Shown: positions 27,694-42,510 of the stretch, one piece after another
Position numbering within the stretch: position 1 is the stretch's first letter
Layout: each line of letters begins with the position of its first letter
From: Octopus vulgaris
Taxonomy: Eukaryota
NCBI GenBank assembly: GCA_951406725.2
Contig: OX597815.1
Span: forward strand, 74,648,001 to 74,712,000
Length of the DNA stretch: 64,000 nucleotides
Direction: 5' to 3'
The notes under the pieces: generated by a model
The model's input: the letters and a program-made list of their open reading frames with translations, nothing else
The model's database searches: none
What the model was told of the DNA's origin: nothing
Program-made: the position numbers and the translations under genes

Positions 27694-28124
27694 ACTGACG
27701 ACTGAAATACTAGTTCTGCATAAATAATAGGAAATAAATCTTCTGCCAATACATAAATTTAGTTTATTTTACCTCTATATACAGAAATACCAAAAATTCA
27801 TAATGTTTCCAGTACATGATGAACAACCTTAATCGATTTTCGAACCTTCATGGTTTCTCATCAGAGGCGTCTACATCATTCTGACTGTCTCCAGAGTTAC
27901 TCTATGAAGCAGTTACTCTATTCAGGAGTCCCTAAATTGCATACCGAAAGTGTTTAGTACTCTATAAATACCAGCGGTCTGTCAGCGGGGTTCTTAGTTT
28001 ACACAGTATCAAGATATGATATAATATACATGTAACATATGGTATAATTATAAACAGGGCAAATTTTAGCCATATATATATATATATATATGTTTATATA
28101 TATATACATACATATATATACATA

Positions 28125-28335
28125 TTTCTTTATTACCCACAAGGGGCTAAACATAGAGGGGACAAACAAGGACAGACATGGGTATTAAGTCGATTACATC
28201 GACCCCAGTGCGTAACTGGTACTTAATTTATCGACCTCGAAAGGATGAAAGGCAAAGTCGACCTCGGCGGAATTTGAACTCAGAACGTAACAGCAGACGA
28301 AATACGGCTACGCTAACGATTCTGCCAGCTCGCCA
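28125..28335 (-). mobile_element. tRNA-derived SINE family A
   Basis: Matches 4160-4385. Confidence 0.85.
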
Positions 28336-28425
28336 CACATATATACATATATCTACACACACATATATATATACATATATATACACATATATATGTATAC
28401 ATATATATACATATATATATATATA

Positions 28426-28457
<32 letters not shown>

Positions 28458-28703
28458 CATATATATATGCATACATATATGTATATATGTATATATATGC
28501 ATAAATACACACACATACACACACACGCACGCACACATACACATACATGTATATATTATATACATAGATACATATATATATGTATAAATATATACACATA
28601 TATACATATATATACACACACACACATATATATATGCATATATATACACATATATATGTATACATATATATATATACATATATATACATACATATATATA
28701 TAC

Positions 28704-28752
<49 letters not shown>

Positions 28753-28995
28753 CATATATATACACATATATATGTATACATATATATGTATATATATACA
28801 TACATATATACATATATATATATACATATACATATATATACATACATATACATATATGTATATATATGCATAAATAGACACACATACACACACACGCACA
28901 CACACATACACATACATATATATATACATAGATACATATATATATATGTATAAATATATACACATATATACATATATATACACACACATATATAA
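28336..28995. repeat. Compound (TA)/(CA) microsatellite
   Basis: Directly visible. Confidence 0.95.
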
Positions 28996-29029
28996 ACACA
29001 GAGAGAGACACAGAGAGAGAAAAGGGAGA

Positions 29030-29248
29030 AAATCGGTTGAAAACTGCAGAAGTTTTTAGAGAAAAACCCGTGGAGCTCTTGGCAAAATGTTAAAGTGCAT
29101 GGCCATCTTTGGCATATAGGTAATGTGTGTGTAAAGTTTGATGAAAATTGGTTGAAAACTGTAGAAATGCATACGTACTACACACACAGACACAAACACA
29201 GGCCCACACACACACGCACACACATCATTTGTTTTAAATATATAGATA
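29030..29248 (-). mobile_element. Helitron-like fragment
   Basis: Shares AAGTTT.AT.A.AAT.GGTTGAAA and a CA-rich tail with 16780-16890. Confidence 0.45.
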
Positions 29249-29409
29249 TATGTATACATGCACATATATACCTATATGATAAATAATAAATATTAATAGA
29301 TATACACAGATATAACGATGAATATGTATGTGTATATACATGTAACTATGTATGTATGGAATACGCACACACATAAGCTCACATATCTATATATGTGGAA
29401 AGTGTGTGA

Positions 29410-29442
<33 letters not shown>

Positions 29443-29801
29443 GAAAGGAGAGAGAGGAAAGGAGAGAGAGGGAAAGGAGAGAGAGACTATTGTGATTTTC
29501 TTGTCTTAATACTAATGCAATCAATACTCCTTATCGAGACGTGTGCAGTCTATTATATACTTACATTTGTGCAAGTATCGACTTTTGTGTGTGCGTGCAT
29601 GTGCTGTAGCTTAAACCAATATTTAATTAAATCCATATTTTGGTTGCATGGATTTATCCAAGTCGATATTAACAATATTTAACGGATATTTATGCATGAT
29701 AGGAACATAATTGCTGGTATCTAATCATGTCTTTACTTCGTAGCTATTCAGTGCAAAATTATTACATCATAAAAGGAAATACTACTGAAAAAAAATACAC
29801 C

Positions 29802-30085
29802 CTAGAAGCGTTCAGAAATGTTTTTTATCAAAGATAAGACGTCTGGAATGACGATTAATCCACCAACTACAGACAGCATAACAATTGCTACAACACCCAT
29901 AGTCTGGGAGGATGTGCGCTCATCTGGGGCACTGATTTTCGTAGCTAAATATTGAGAAGTTGCTTTCTTTTCAACTGTAAGTTCTTTCCGCGTTTCTTGC
30001 ATACGTTTCTCAAGCTGTTCTTCTGTCTCCGAAGGTATGATAGGTGTTTTGTTGCAGTGGCAGATACATTTGCTTCCATTCGATT
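29802..30085 (-). CDS. Uncharacterised type I membrane protein, last coding exon (CxCxC, helical segment, SAPDERTSS, TM helix)
   Basis: Acceptor TTTTACCCCCAG (phase 1); KCICHC...RKELTVEKKATSQY...KISAPDERTSSQTMGVVAIVMLSVVGGLIVIPD; TAG at 29804-29802. Confidence 0.88.
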
Positions 30086-30401
30086 CTGGGGGTAAAATAA
30101 AATGTGAAATCATTAAAATAAAAAGTAAGGTAAATACATTTCGATAAAATGTTGTTTATATCTGGGTCAGCTTCTATTGACGAGGCCAATGATCAAAGAT
30201 AATCTAACCGCTGGTTTCTCATAATTTTTTTTCTTTCCATAAATAACATGTACAGAACCACATTATTAACATATTCTTTTTACCAAGGCATAATTTGGGA
30301 GGAAAATTTGGCTATTATTTCTAGCAGGCTGAGTGACCAGATTTAAACTACTATTGACCCAATATTATGGTTTATCTTCGGTACTTGGTATATCCTTAAA
30401 A

Positions 30402-32935
30402 TGTTGGATTGTTATAACTCCCACTTCGGTGTACAGTATACTTTGTAAAACCAGTAAAAAACACGATCATCTCTGACTGCCTACTACATACTCCGGTACT
30501 TCACGTACTTCTCTTTACTTATAGTGACTAGGTTATTCCATTCGTCACGTGGGAGGAGTTCACCATTATTACTAATTCCCTACAAGATCTCCCCTTTTAA
30601 GTTTTTCTAAGGAAGTGTCATTTTATTTAACTATTTTTTTTTTATTCACTCCACCTCCCTTGGACATTTTTCGTACAATTTAATATTTTTGCGCTTGGCA
30701 TCTATTTTCACGTGTACGACAGGGTTCAATCACCTGCAGTGTTGTTGGTACTTGGAACGTATCGTACAACCAATCCATCGGTTCCTCCAGCTTCTTTGGT
30801 TCGCTTTTCACGAATCTCTTTTTTAGTTGGTTTCTGTGTCTCTTTTGTATGTCTTTTCTACTTTTTATCCAATACATCATTTTACCTATGCATTTAATAA
30901 TTATGCCATCTTCCCAGCTCTGCTTTTCATTCTTGTATACCCTCATATACACCTTTTCACCAACTTTAAAAAATCTTGCTATGTCTTCCCTGGCACTTTT
31001 TCTTTTCTTGCCAGGTAGCAATTTATCAAAGACTGATTTTACTTTCCTTGCAAACATCAGCTCCACTAGTGAGCTACCTGCTAGTATATTCAGATTTGGT
31101 GTCACACTACACTCTTAAGAATTGTTGTAGAGCTACCTCATCTGTGACTTTCTTATTTAACTTTCTTAGGTCCCACTTGAAGGTGTTGACAAAGCGTTCT
31201 TCCTCTCCGTTAGATCTGGGATGTTATGGCCCAGTAGTTACATGTTCTACCGCGAACATTTCACAAACTTTTTAAATTCAACAAGACACAAAATTGCGTT
31301 TCGTTCTCAGACACTATCACATCTGGGATACCAAATCTGACAAACAATTCGTGTAAAAAAAATTCATCACAGTGAGGAGGTTGGGTTCTTACACTTACAA
31401 ATATCTAGCCATTTCGAGAAAATATCAGCTACCACTGAGTAGCATGATCCGTTTAAAGGAACAGCAAAATCGATGTGTAGTCTCGACCACGGAACATCTA
31501 CTTTTGAACGATGTTTACTTTTTATCGTGGGCAATTTTTCATTTCGTTTTGGCTTACATACCAGTGTTCCACTCAGTCTTACTGCAAGCTTTGTTTCAGT
31601 CCCTCAGCCGCATTCGAACCTTCGACTGAACCCACTATATTTCCACACAAAACATTTATTGGCATATTCCATACTTTGAATAGTTCCATCCTCTCTGTGC
31701 CAAATAGATTAAGTGAGTTTTTTAATACATATATCTTTGTCTTTTTCGTTTGACCTCGAAATGTTACATTACATACGAATTCACCGAAAATATATCTTTT
31801 TTCCAGTAACACCATATGCTACCTTTTTAGATTTAATTAATTTCGGCTTACCGACATATTTCCAAGATTTTTTCGTTTATAATGGTGATATCACTACCAG
31901 AGTCCAACTGCATGTTAACACTTGTATTTCTGATTTTCGTCTTCACGAATTTCCTCATCGTTATATTGCCAATTTCTTTCGATGGCATACTATTTGTTCT
32001 TTTTCCTTTGTTCTGACGTTTTGTCATTTTCGCTCTACAGTGCATCTTTATGTCCTATATTTCCACATGAAAGCACTCCGCTTTTTTAAATGGACAATTT
32101 TTTCTCAGGTGTATACCTCCATATACAAATCGGGTTTATTTCCTGATTTTTGTGGTGTTTTTTAGAAAGCACTTTATCTCCGTTCTATTTCGCGCTTGCT
32201 TTACTTGGAAACAATCTTTGCGTTCAATTGTGACTATCCTTTCACATTCTTCTGACACTTGCTGGTTTTGTTCCAGCTTTGCAAAAATTCTAGTTCTAAC
32301 TTCTGCGTCCTTTTCGGCAGTGAGTCCCTGTGTAAAAATCAAGCATTTGAACATAACTGGTCCCCCAGCTTAAACTTCCCTGTTTACTCTACCAGCATAT
32401 GGGATGTATTTCCTCGTCGTTGTTTTTCTCTATGTTCAGACACTTCCAACGTGTGTTGAACAATGAGCTATTTTCACTAAAAATTTTACACAATATATCT
32501 ATTGTGTCATTAAAGTTTATGTCCGAAGGTTTTCATGAGAGTACATAATCACTGTATCGTTCATGACTGTTGCCACCAGTTTTCTCAAGATCATCTCGTC
32601 GTCCCAATCTCTACATTCTTTATCGAAGATTTGCTCATATCTTCTGTAGCATGCTTCGACGGTAACTCCATCGTCTGAACTCTGTCATGAAGTTCGCGAC
32701 ACAGTCTGTCGAGAACACTTTTTCTGACTTTCCTGACGACTACAGTAATTGCAGCATTTGTTGCTGTAATATTGTTTCAGTTGGTGCTGTTGCTGCTTTT
32801 GAAACTCGAGCAAACCGGTCAGCAAATTTTCCATAAATTTTCACGATGTTTTTCGTGAAATTCACACAACAAAATTTTGTGAGTTATTCCATTCGTCACG
32901 TGGGAGGGGTGTACCATTATTACTAATTACCTACA
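30402..32935 (-). mobile_element. Gypsy LTR retrotransposon remnant (K02A2.6/Mag-like) lacking RT/RNase H
   Basis: LTR segments 30532-30584 and 32883-32935 (TGTAGG start); purine tract at about 30586-30598; gag remnant; protease MQLDSGSDITII; integrase C-terminus TPN..GSSLVELMFARKVKSVFDKLLP. Confidence 0.85.
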
Positions 32936-33649
32936 ACAGTATTACATTTACTATTACGTTTATATCAGTGAACATCGCCTAAACAGATTTGCAATTTCCA
33001 AGCCCATCCGAATTAAAAGTCTGCTTTCTCTAAGAAGCTAAGTGATACATCAATCGTAGAGGCACAGTGCTGTTTCTAATGGTCTATAAGTCCCGGGGCA
33101 TCAAGTCAGACGTCGTGGTCTAGAGGTCTTTGACAAAATCAAAGAAAAGGTTATCTCTATTCTTTTGCATGACTTAATAATGTGACACAAACAAATAAGA
33201 AGTTTTATATAAAAATTTGATAAGCATAAAACGATGCAGAATATAGCTTTTCAGCGGCGTTGCTATCGAAACACAAACAATATTTTCTAAACGTTGTTTG
33301 GACACAGAAACAAGACATATATGACAATAAAATAAGGGGAACGGTTGGGAATCGAACCTACGTGTTTAGGCTGATGGATTGTTACTTAGAGGATATATAT
33401 ATATATAAGCTATTGTCAACAGAATTCTGGCTTCCTTAGACTGCGAAATCATCGATGATCTTGCTATGTCCGCTGCTGTCAGCCATTAAGATAGTTCTTT
33501 TCGTGCCTATTGAGTTGTTTTCAGTTTTATTTCTAGCAATACTAGAGCTGATTAATGCCTTTTGTTACTTTAGTGACGTGTATATATATATATACTAGCT
33601 TAAGGTGATCCGCTCTACGCGCGGGTAAGAGTGTGGTGGTTACTTTCTG

Positions 33650-33914
33650 TTGCTTCCGTTCAGCACGTAAAAAGCACCATCCGAACGTGGCCAATGGCAG
33701 CGCCGCCTTGACTGGCTTCTGTGCCGGTGGCACGTAAAAAGCACCAACCGATGTCCCTGCCAGCTGGCACCTGTAAAAAGCACCCACTACACTCACAAAG
33801 TAGTTGGCGTTAGGAAGGGCATCCAGCTGTAGAAACACTGCCAGATCAGACTGGAGCCTGGTGCAGCCTCCTGGCTTCCCAGACACCGGTCAAACTGTCC
33901 AACCCGTGCTAGAC

Positions 33915-33915
<1 letters not shown>
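33650..33915 (+). mobile_element. SINE-like fragment with repeated GCACGTAAAAAGCACC units
   Basis: Three internal repeats and a GTTGGCGTTAGGAAGGGCATCCAGC tail typical of SINE 3' parts. Confidence 0.6.
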
Positions 33916-33953
<38 letters not shown>

Positions 33954-33955
<2 letters not shown>

Positions 33956-34564
33956 GTAAATCCTCGAGTATAATCTGCAATTCTTTCCTAAAATTTAAAG
34001 ATCTAAATCCCTAGTGCGTACTATATATAAGGTTAGGAATGAAAATTATTTTCTAAGCAATGTCCGAGTCTCTATTTGCTGTCTGGCTATGCGTATTCAG
34101 ACGCATTTTGTGATGTCGGGCGCGAAAATACCTTAAGCTAAGCCTGAAAGCAATGAAGTCATAAAAGGATCATCCATAACTTGCAGTAAGCAACATTTAT
34201 TTAACGTTATTACTGTTACTACTGTAATTTGTTTATTTTCTGCAAACAAAATGCTCAAAAAAGCTGCACGCTTGCATTATGTTATATATACAATAATAAT
34301 AAAGGATGTTAGCGTATACATTTTTATAAACCAAGGACGTTATACAGACCTCCTTAACTCAAGTTAGAGAAGGGGTGCGTATTATACACAAGGTTTAGGT
34401 TTTCAGAGGTACAGCCCCCTAAAAATCCCCTGCATAGGTTCTAAAATTGCGAATAAGCCACACATGTTATTTATAATTTTCACATTTACTGTTTATGAAA
34501 TCAGCGGTTGATTTCAACGAAAATCTGATAAACTGAAGGGCGGACTATACTCGAGAATTTACGG
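33954..34564. mobile_element. MITE, Tc2/pogo-like
   Basis: TA|CCGTAAATCCTCGAGTATA ... TATACTCGAGAATTTACGG|TA. Confidence 0.88.
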
Positions 34565-34576
34565 TATATATATATA

Positions 34577-34617
<41 letters not shown>

Positions 34618-34619
34618 TA

Positions 34620-34870
34620 TTAAATAAGATTCAGTTAAAAAATTTGTAGTATGCTATGCAGAACTCGTCCACAATTGTCATTGACTACATGATGTCATCA
34701 TACAGAGGAAAGCCTCTTGCTACTGAATATTCCACAGGAATTTTACAGTACATAGAGTTTATACAAATCACAACGGTTGTTTCGACACGTTTTTACACTC
34801 ATAGTACATTGGCGAGCTATTGTGTAAATATTATCATCCATCCAAGGAGTAAAATGACAAAGAACAAGTA
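34620..34870 (-). mobile_element. PLE terminal fragment, inverted relative of 39130-39400
   Basis: Diverged reverse complement of 39130-39400. Confidence 0.7.
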
Positions 34871-35104
34871 TTGCTAGAAATAAGAGACCAAACAACTCAA
34901 TAGACTCGAGAAGCACTATCTTAATGACTGACAAGGAAGGCAAGCTCCCTACAGCAGCGGACATAGCCAGATCATCGATGATATCACATTTTGCTGCTCA
35001 TCAGTGGCTCTCACCACGCCAAGGGTTAAACTCAGCTCACAGATGGGAATTCAAAGGCTTTATTTATGCAGTACAACTTATGTTTCGGCATCCTACGTTC
35101 ATTA

Positions 35105-35334
35105 CTCTTTTACTCTTTACTCTTTTACTTGTTTTAGTCATTTGACTGCGGCCATGCTGGAGCACCGCCTTTTTTTTAATCGAGCGACTCGACCCCGGGA
35201 CTTATTCTTTGTAAGCCCAGTACTTATTCTATTGGTCTCTTTTGCCGAACCGCTAAGTGACGGGGACATAAACACACCAGCATCGGTTGTCAAGCAATGC
35301 TAGGGGGACAAACACAGACACACAAACATACACG

Positions 35335-35366
<32 letters not shown>

Positions 35367-35540
35367 CACATATATACGACGGGCTTCTTTCAGTTTCCGT
35401 CTACCAAATCCACTCACAAGGTTTTGGTCGGCCCGAGGCTATAGTAGAAGACACTTGCCCAAGGTGCCACGCAATGGGACTGAACCCGGAACCATGTGGC
35501 TGGTAAGCAAGCTACTTACCACACAGCCACTCCTGCGCCT
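35105..35540 (-). mobile_element. tRNA-derived SINE family B, full length
   Basis: Head GCAGGAGTGGCTGTGTGGTAAG (A box), GGGTTCAGTCCC (B box), ACCTTGGGCAAGTG core, internal microsatellite and AAAAGAGT tail. Confidence 0.9.
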
Positions 35541-37869
35541 ATTAGTTAGGAATTTTTCATATTCATAAGATATAATTTAAAATTATTCTTAACATCTCTG
35601 AATATGAAGTTTTGATCCTCATTACAATGTAGATATTTCTTCAGGTGCTACATTTATGTTTTTGTCGATGTTTTGTACTTCAAGACGTTTACCATTTTAC
35701 ACCAATCAAAACATTCCATTAAAAGTTTGAGTGTTATTTGTGATTCGTCACAGATAACCAAAGTAATAAGCACCCACCCACACCACAACCACCACCACCA
35801 CCACGAAAAGATAAACATCGAAGTTGAGCAAAGAGCTCAGACCTCCTATATCAACTTGTAGGTGTTGATTATGATAGAATAAATATGGAAAACATAAAAC
35901 AAAAAATTTCAACATTATAAATTCGGAACAATATAGAAGGATGATAGATAAAATAAAATTTCATGTATTTGTTTTGCAAGATTCCTGATGAGAAATCGGA
36001 TGTTGAAACAGCTATTGTTATATTTCGGGATGATCATTTTCTTTTTTGCCAAATAAACACACGCACTATATATTCGTTCTTCACTTCAGATTTATTATTG
36101 CTTCTGTTTTGTGTCTTTTGTCTGGAAATCTTTCATCACACATCCTGTGACCTCCTCAGTGGCTCTCCATCATAAGTGTCTCCTCCTGTTCTGTTTACTC
36201 CATTCTGTCTTTAATAAAAATCGCATTAAATGCAGCATATTAACTATATTGTATTGCATATGCTTTCTTCAGAGGACAGCTCGGTTTCGATTAAATCCAA
36301 GGTAATGATGACCTATTTGCTATTCGGAGTCTTACGATTTCCTACCCCAAATATAATTTATCATTCGTTCGACAGTAAGGAATATAACCTCACAATGTTA
36401 ACTTTAGACGCTTTTCCTGAACAGTATAATTTTTTCATTTTTTAAATTTCCCGTTATAGTTTTTGCTTGTATACATCAATCAGTGTATGCTGGATTTTCA
36501 TCTTCCACCTTCTGAAAGGAGTGTGCTTCTTACTCATAGTTTTTGTGCCTTCCAAATTTATTCATAGTCAACGATGGCCCGACCATGGTCGGACCATCAT
36601 TGACTATGCCGGCAACTCTACCAAACATACTTGGTAATTTTCGTTGAACTCCATGCAGGACGAAAAACAAACCCTGTCAAAGACTGATGAACTCAGTAGA
36701 GTCAACGGTTTTCCAACAGCTGGGTGTGAGAGACATCTCTGTTTAGACATCTCTCTAGAAGAAAGAAATTCTGAAATGACACCCACCTCATTGCGAAGCC
36801 AGAGATTTTGCTTTTGCTCGTTTCTGGATTACTTTGCTTTGTGGATGAAGGTCATAGTGGTATTGCATCGACTGTTACTGACTTTAGATTTCAGCATGGG
36901 CATTGTTGACAACCATTGTCTTAAACATCTAGGATAAAATAACTTGCCAGTGATGGTCATACACGTGCACGACTTGACAGCTGTCATCTATGCAAACGAC
37001 TTTGTACTTTGCCGCTTCATTCTTTACGTAAATCTTCGTTGTGTAACTACCCTATAAAGCGGCGAACTAGCAGAATCGTTAGCACGTCAAACGAAATGCT
37101 TAGCGGCATTTATTTCAGCTCTTTACATTCTGAGTTGGGTAGAATTTGAACTCAGAATGTGAAAAACCAGAAGAAATTCTGCAAATGATTTTCTCCTACC
37201 CTCTGATTATTCTGTTAGAAATAGCTTTGCCTTATAATTTCGAAAATTAGATGTTACTTTTTCCGTTTCCCTTACATTATTTGGTACTGTGAAGAAATAC
37301 GTATGTCACACGTCTATATAAATGACCTATGTTCATCAACCACCAGCTAGGTGCCTGTTCAACCTGTGTTCAAGGTGTCGGTTTGCCAAGAATCTCCAGC
37401 TGCCTTTGTGCTGCGAGTATACAATCAGCCAGGCTGCTGTTTCCCATTCTTTGATATCGTTAGTTCACAAACGTCTTTCATCGCCTGTTGCTCTCTTTTC
37501 CACAACTTCTCGGACAGTAACCCTTGTCGTGTTTATGTCCAAGATAAGATAACTTCATGGATTAATTTTTCGACAATAGGTGTCGTTATACTCATCTTTT
37601 CTAGTATCAGCTTATTCTTCCCGATCTGCGAAAGATCCGCATCTCAAGCGCATCTTTCTTTTTTTCCATTGCTCTGCACATTGCCCAATTTTCAGGCCAG
37701 AAGAGAACAACCGTCATAATATATCAGATTACTAGCTTCAATTTTAGGTGCAATGTTATGTTTTTTGAAGTGAAGATTTCATTTTCTTATAAATACAAGT
37801 TTAGCTATGTCTATATAAATGAATTATTGAGTTCATTTAAGAAATGAATCGTCAAAACATGTCATATAC

Positions 37870-37941
37870 CTGTTGTAAGTGAATCATCTGTGGTGGTCAT
37901 TTGGTTTGTTAGTATTGTACCAGATATATGTTTTCGATTAT
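37870..37941 (-). CDS. Membrane protein exon (Thr-rich stalk, DNRKHISGTILTNQMTTTDDSLTT)
   Basis: TTTTGTTTTCAACAG acceptor, CAG|GTATAT donor, 72 nt, phase 1-1, open. Confidence 0.75.
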
Positions 37942-38313
37942 CTGTTGAAAACAAAACAGGAATGGAAATGAAACGAATAAAAATGATAACAAATGTGTTT
38001 AAAAGACGTTAATATTGATTGATTGATTGATTGATTGATTATATTAACGAGTTGCAGTGATTATCATATTTAAAGATAAATCTAACATCTGTTCCACCTT
38101 GTTGTTTATTATCAATGTGTATGTATGTATGCTTGTGTATATATATATATAATAAGAGTAAATAATAGCTTTAATGGTTTTTAAAAAAAACCAACAATTA
38201 TTTACGGGTAGATTTCGGCATGTAAATATAACCATTACGGTAGGAACTTTTATAAAAGTTCAATATATATTTTTGTATATAAATAAAAGAAGCAGGCAAC
38301 AGGTTGCTTTTCG

Positions 38314-38347
<34 letters not shown>

Positions 38348-38485
38348 TGTGCGACCCAAAAAGCCTGGCACATTTGTAGGTTTAATAAAAGTGAAATAGA
38401 GTAAAGAACGAAAATATTGCTTTTATTTTCAAAATGTACATATAATGCCATTTTGTTTCAATTTGTACCATTTGTAACATTTTGA

Positions 38486-38904
<419 letters not shown>

Positions 38905-38924
38905 AAAGATAAAAAGATGGAATT

Positions 38925-39400
38925 AACGACATCCCTTATTTGAAATCACTACAGTTGTTTCGACACATTTTTACACTCATAATACATTGGTGAGATGTTG
39001 TGTAAACATTATTGCCCATTCAAGGTGTAAAGTGCTAAAAATAACACACTGCTTTGTTTATGCATTCTCACAGTGAGTGGAATAACAATAGGATCTAACC
39101 ACTTATTTAAACAATCACCTGAGGAGGCACATTTTACTCCTTGGATGGATGATAATATTTACACAATAGCTTACTACTGGACTGTGAGTGTAAAAAGGTG
39201 TCGAAACAACTGTTGTGATTTTAAATAAAGAATGTCGTGAAATCCATTTATTTATTTGTATAAACTCTACATACTGTGGAATTGCTGTGGAATATTTAGT
39301 AACAAGAGGGTTTCCTCTTTATAATGACATCAGGTAGTCAATAATTATGGACGAGCTTTGCATAGCACACCACAAGTTCTTTTACCCCAATCTTATTTAA
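38925..39400 (+). mobile_element. Old fold-back PLE terminal element
   Basis: About 38925-39035 is a diverged inverted copy of about 39128-39240; the right arm continues into (CA)n. Confidence 0.7.
39113..39220 (+). ncRNA. Type I hammerhead ribozyme with long stem II
   Basis: Stem I AATCAC/GTGATT; CTGAGGA; stem II GGCAC/GTGTC around about 67 nt; GAAA; stem III AC-AACT-GT; GTT triplet. Confidence 0.7.
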
Positions 39401-39527
39401 TTATACACACACACATACACATACACTCACACACACACACGGACACACGCACGCACACATACACACATACACTCTCTCTCTCTCTCACACACACACACAC
39501 TCTCTCTCTCTGTGTCACACACACACG

Positions 39528-39563
<36 letters not shown>

Positions 39564-39564
39564 G

Positions 39565-39623
<59 letters not shown>

Positions 39624-40299
39624 AATTGAATAACGTTAATAACTTGTAGATGGAAATTTAAAGGCTTTATTAACGCATCAAAACTTATGTTTCTGCATCT
39701 TGCATGTTCATTAGTTAGGAATTTTTTATATCCCTAAGATATTATTTAAGATTATTCTTTACATCTTTGAATATAAAGTTTTTGATCCCCATTACAATGT
39801 AGATACTTCTTCAGGTGCTGCATTTATGTTTCTGTCGATGTTCTGCACTTCAAGACATTTATAGTTTACACTAAATAATACATTCCCTTCTGAAAGGGGT
39901 GTGCTTCTTAATCATAGATTTTTTTGCCTTCCACATTTACTTATAGTTTTCTGGTTTGGTTATTGATTCTAAATCATCTAAAATACTTCTCTCTAATTTC
40001 AATCTATTTAATTGCATGTATATCGATTAGCATTGGTAACCAGATATGCCTTCGTAAATCTCTAAGATTTCTTAATTTCCTTTGTGAATCCATCTGTTGT
40101 ATACACACTGATCATTATTAGTGATACAACTATCATATTAATTACGATTCAGAATCAATTAAATAAATCGTAATTTATCAATTATTATAGTTTGCCCAGA
40201 AGATATCATCTAATTGATCTGTAAGTTTTTTCCATTGTGTATTTCTAGGAAAGATGTGCGCCAGTGAAATTTGAAGTGCGTTTTTTATAGTGTTTATAT

Positions 40300-40625
<326 letters not shown>

Positions 40626-40852
40626 TTAATTACTGTATCGTATGGTATACACCTGGTAGTTTGCCGGTAAAACACGTTCACTCTCTCAGTGTTTGTTGAG
40701 TATTTTATTACTGTTTTCGCTGTATCGTGTATTTCTTTTGCTTTTTATCTGATATTTGTTATGAATCTGTATAGCTTAATTTGCCACTTCTACACACGAT
40801 GACCAAGAAGAAATCTTGCAAAACAGTATATTTTAACGAGATACTTATTGAA

Positions 40853-40937
40853 ATCACCTGAGGGGACGCCGAAATTAGATGTTCAGAACCCTACCTGCAA
40901 GGATCGATTTTAGATGGGTCGAAACAATTGTAGTGGT
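40853..40937 (+). ncRNA. Degenerate type I hammerhead ribozyme
   Basis: ATCAC/GTGGT; core CTGAGGG (one core mismatch); GAC/GTC; GAAA; palindromic ACAATTGT; GTA. Confidence 0.55.
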
Positions 40938-41000
40938 CAATAAATATTCTAGTATCTTCCATATTCCGTCTTTCTCATTAATCAAATACTCACACACACA

Positions 41001-41040
<40 letters not shown>

Positions 41041-41451
41041 AATCAAGGAACGGCCATAATAGGCCATTCACCCACTAGAAATAACAGCCAAAAGCTTTAA
41101 CCGCAAAATAACATTAATTCCGTAAACCAGGAGAAAATTGAAAAACTTTTACCCTGTAATTTCTTAGACGATGCACCGTTTCATCTACCGTTTAATGGTA
41201 AACTAACCTGATTAAATTAAATCAAGCCAATCCACCATAGGCCCTTAGACTCATCAGTAAGAAATAGCCAAGTCGGAACAGATATTTTCACGAGGCATTC
41301 CTCTTGCTACCTCGGCAATATCTGACCTAAAATTTTCAAATCGTCGCACTCGCGCCAAATTTATCGGCAGCAAATAAATATAAGCCACCGATTCCATTAC
41401 GGAACTAACCAGAAAATTCATAATTAATCAATATAGGGTGAAAAAATTATA

Positions 41452-41488
<37 letters not shown>

Positions 41489-41497
41489 GAGAGAGAG

Positions 41498-41550
<53 letters not shown>

Positions 41551-41569
41551 AAAGAGAGGTTAATATATA

Positions 41570-41765
41570 CAGTGGGGGGAAATAAATATTCGTACATGTC
41601 AAAATTCTTTATTTATTTAATTTCTAATGAAAATAAATGGGATATACCAATACTATATTTGCATACACATGCATAAACTAAGAATATGCAAAAGAAACTA
41701 ATAAATTATTGTAACTAAGGAATTTATATTCAATTATAAATATTTAGGGCTGAAAAAATGTGTAT
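41570..41765 (+). mobile_element. Tc1-like terminal fragment
   Basis: TA|CAGTGGGGGGAAATAAATATTCG terminus. Confidence 0.55.
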
Positions 41766-41769
41766 TGAT

Positions 41770-42510
41770 TCCGAGAGAAATCAGCAAAACTTGACCTTCG
41801 GATGAGTTGGGCGAAAACAAAGCTGAAGTATGTCGGCGATAGCCCCGATCTTCCCCTGCTCCGTATTGGCCTCGATGTCGTGGATTTTGTCAGCTCCTTC
41901 ATTTATCTGGGATCCACAGTCACCAGCAATGGTGATTTGACCCCGGAATCAGCCGCAGACGTAGTCTGACTACTGGGGTGATGCACTCCCTATGGAAGCT
42001 CCTTTGGTGCCACTCGTCTATCTCTCAGAAGACGAAACTCCGCATCTACAGCGTATCGTTCCTCTCTGTTCTCCTCTATGGAGTAGAAACGTGGCCCCTC
42101 ACGAAGATCTTGGCTAAGAGGATCAACGTGTTCGATAGCAGACTCCTAAGACTATCGAAAACATCAGATAGTACTATCGCGTTTCCAACGAAGAGCTACA
42201 TTAGCCCATAGCCTCCCACCTTATACTCATTCGTTGTATGCACTGGTACGGACACGTCCTCCGCCTCTCTCCATCTAAATCTTGCTCTCGTTCGATGCTG
42301 CAACCGTGGAGTGGAAAAGATCCCGTGCCAGCACGCGCATCAGATGGCTGGACATGATTAAGGAAGATCTCCAGAGGATCGATGTCATCTTGGCAGAAGC
42401 AGTGGAACTGGCCAGCAATGGAGGGTACTGGTGAATCTGGTCGGCTCGATGTGCGATGACACGCTGGGACCGCTAGCTTGGGATGATCTCTACTGCATCG
42501 AGAAGTGCAT
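41770..42510 (+). mobile_element. RTE-like LINE 3' fragment
   Basis: FIYLGSTVT, KTKLRIY..FLSVLLYGVETWPLT and WYGHVLR. Confidence 0.85.

Noticed and set aside
36600-37720. Moderately complex ORF-bearing sequence in the intron
   Set aside because: It has no recognisable motif or splice-consistent exon; probably an old TE remnant.
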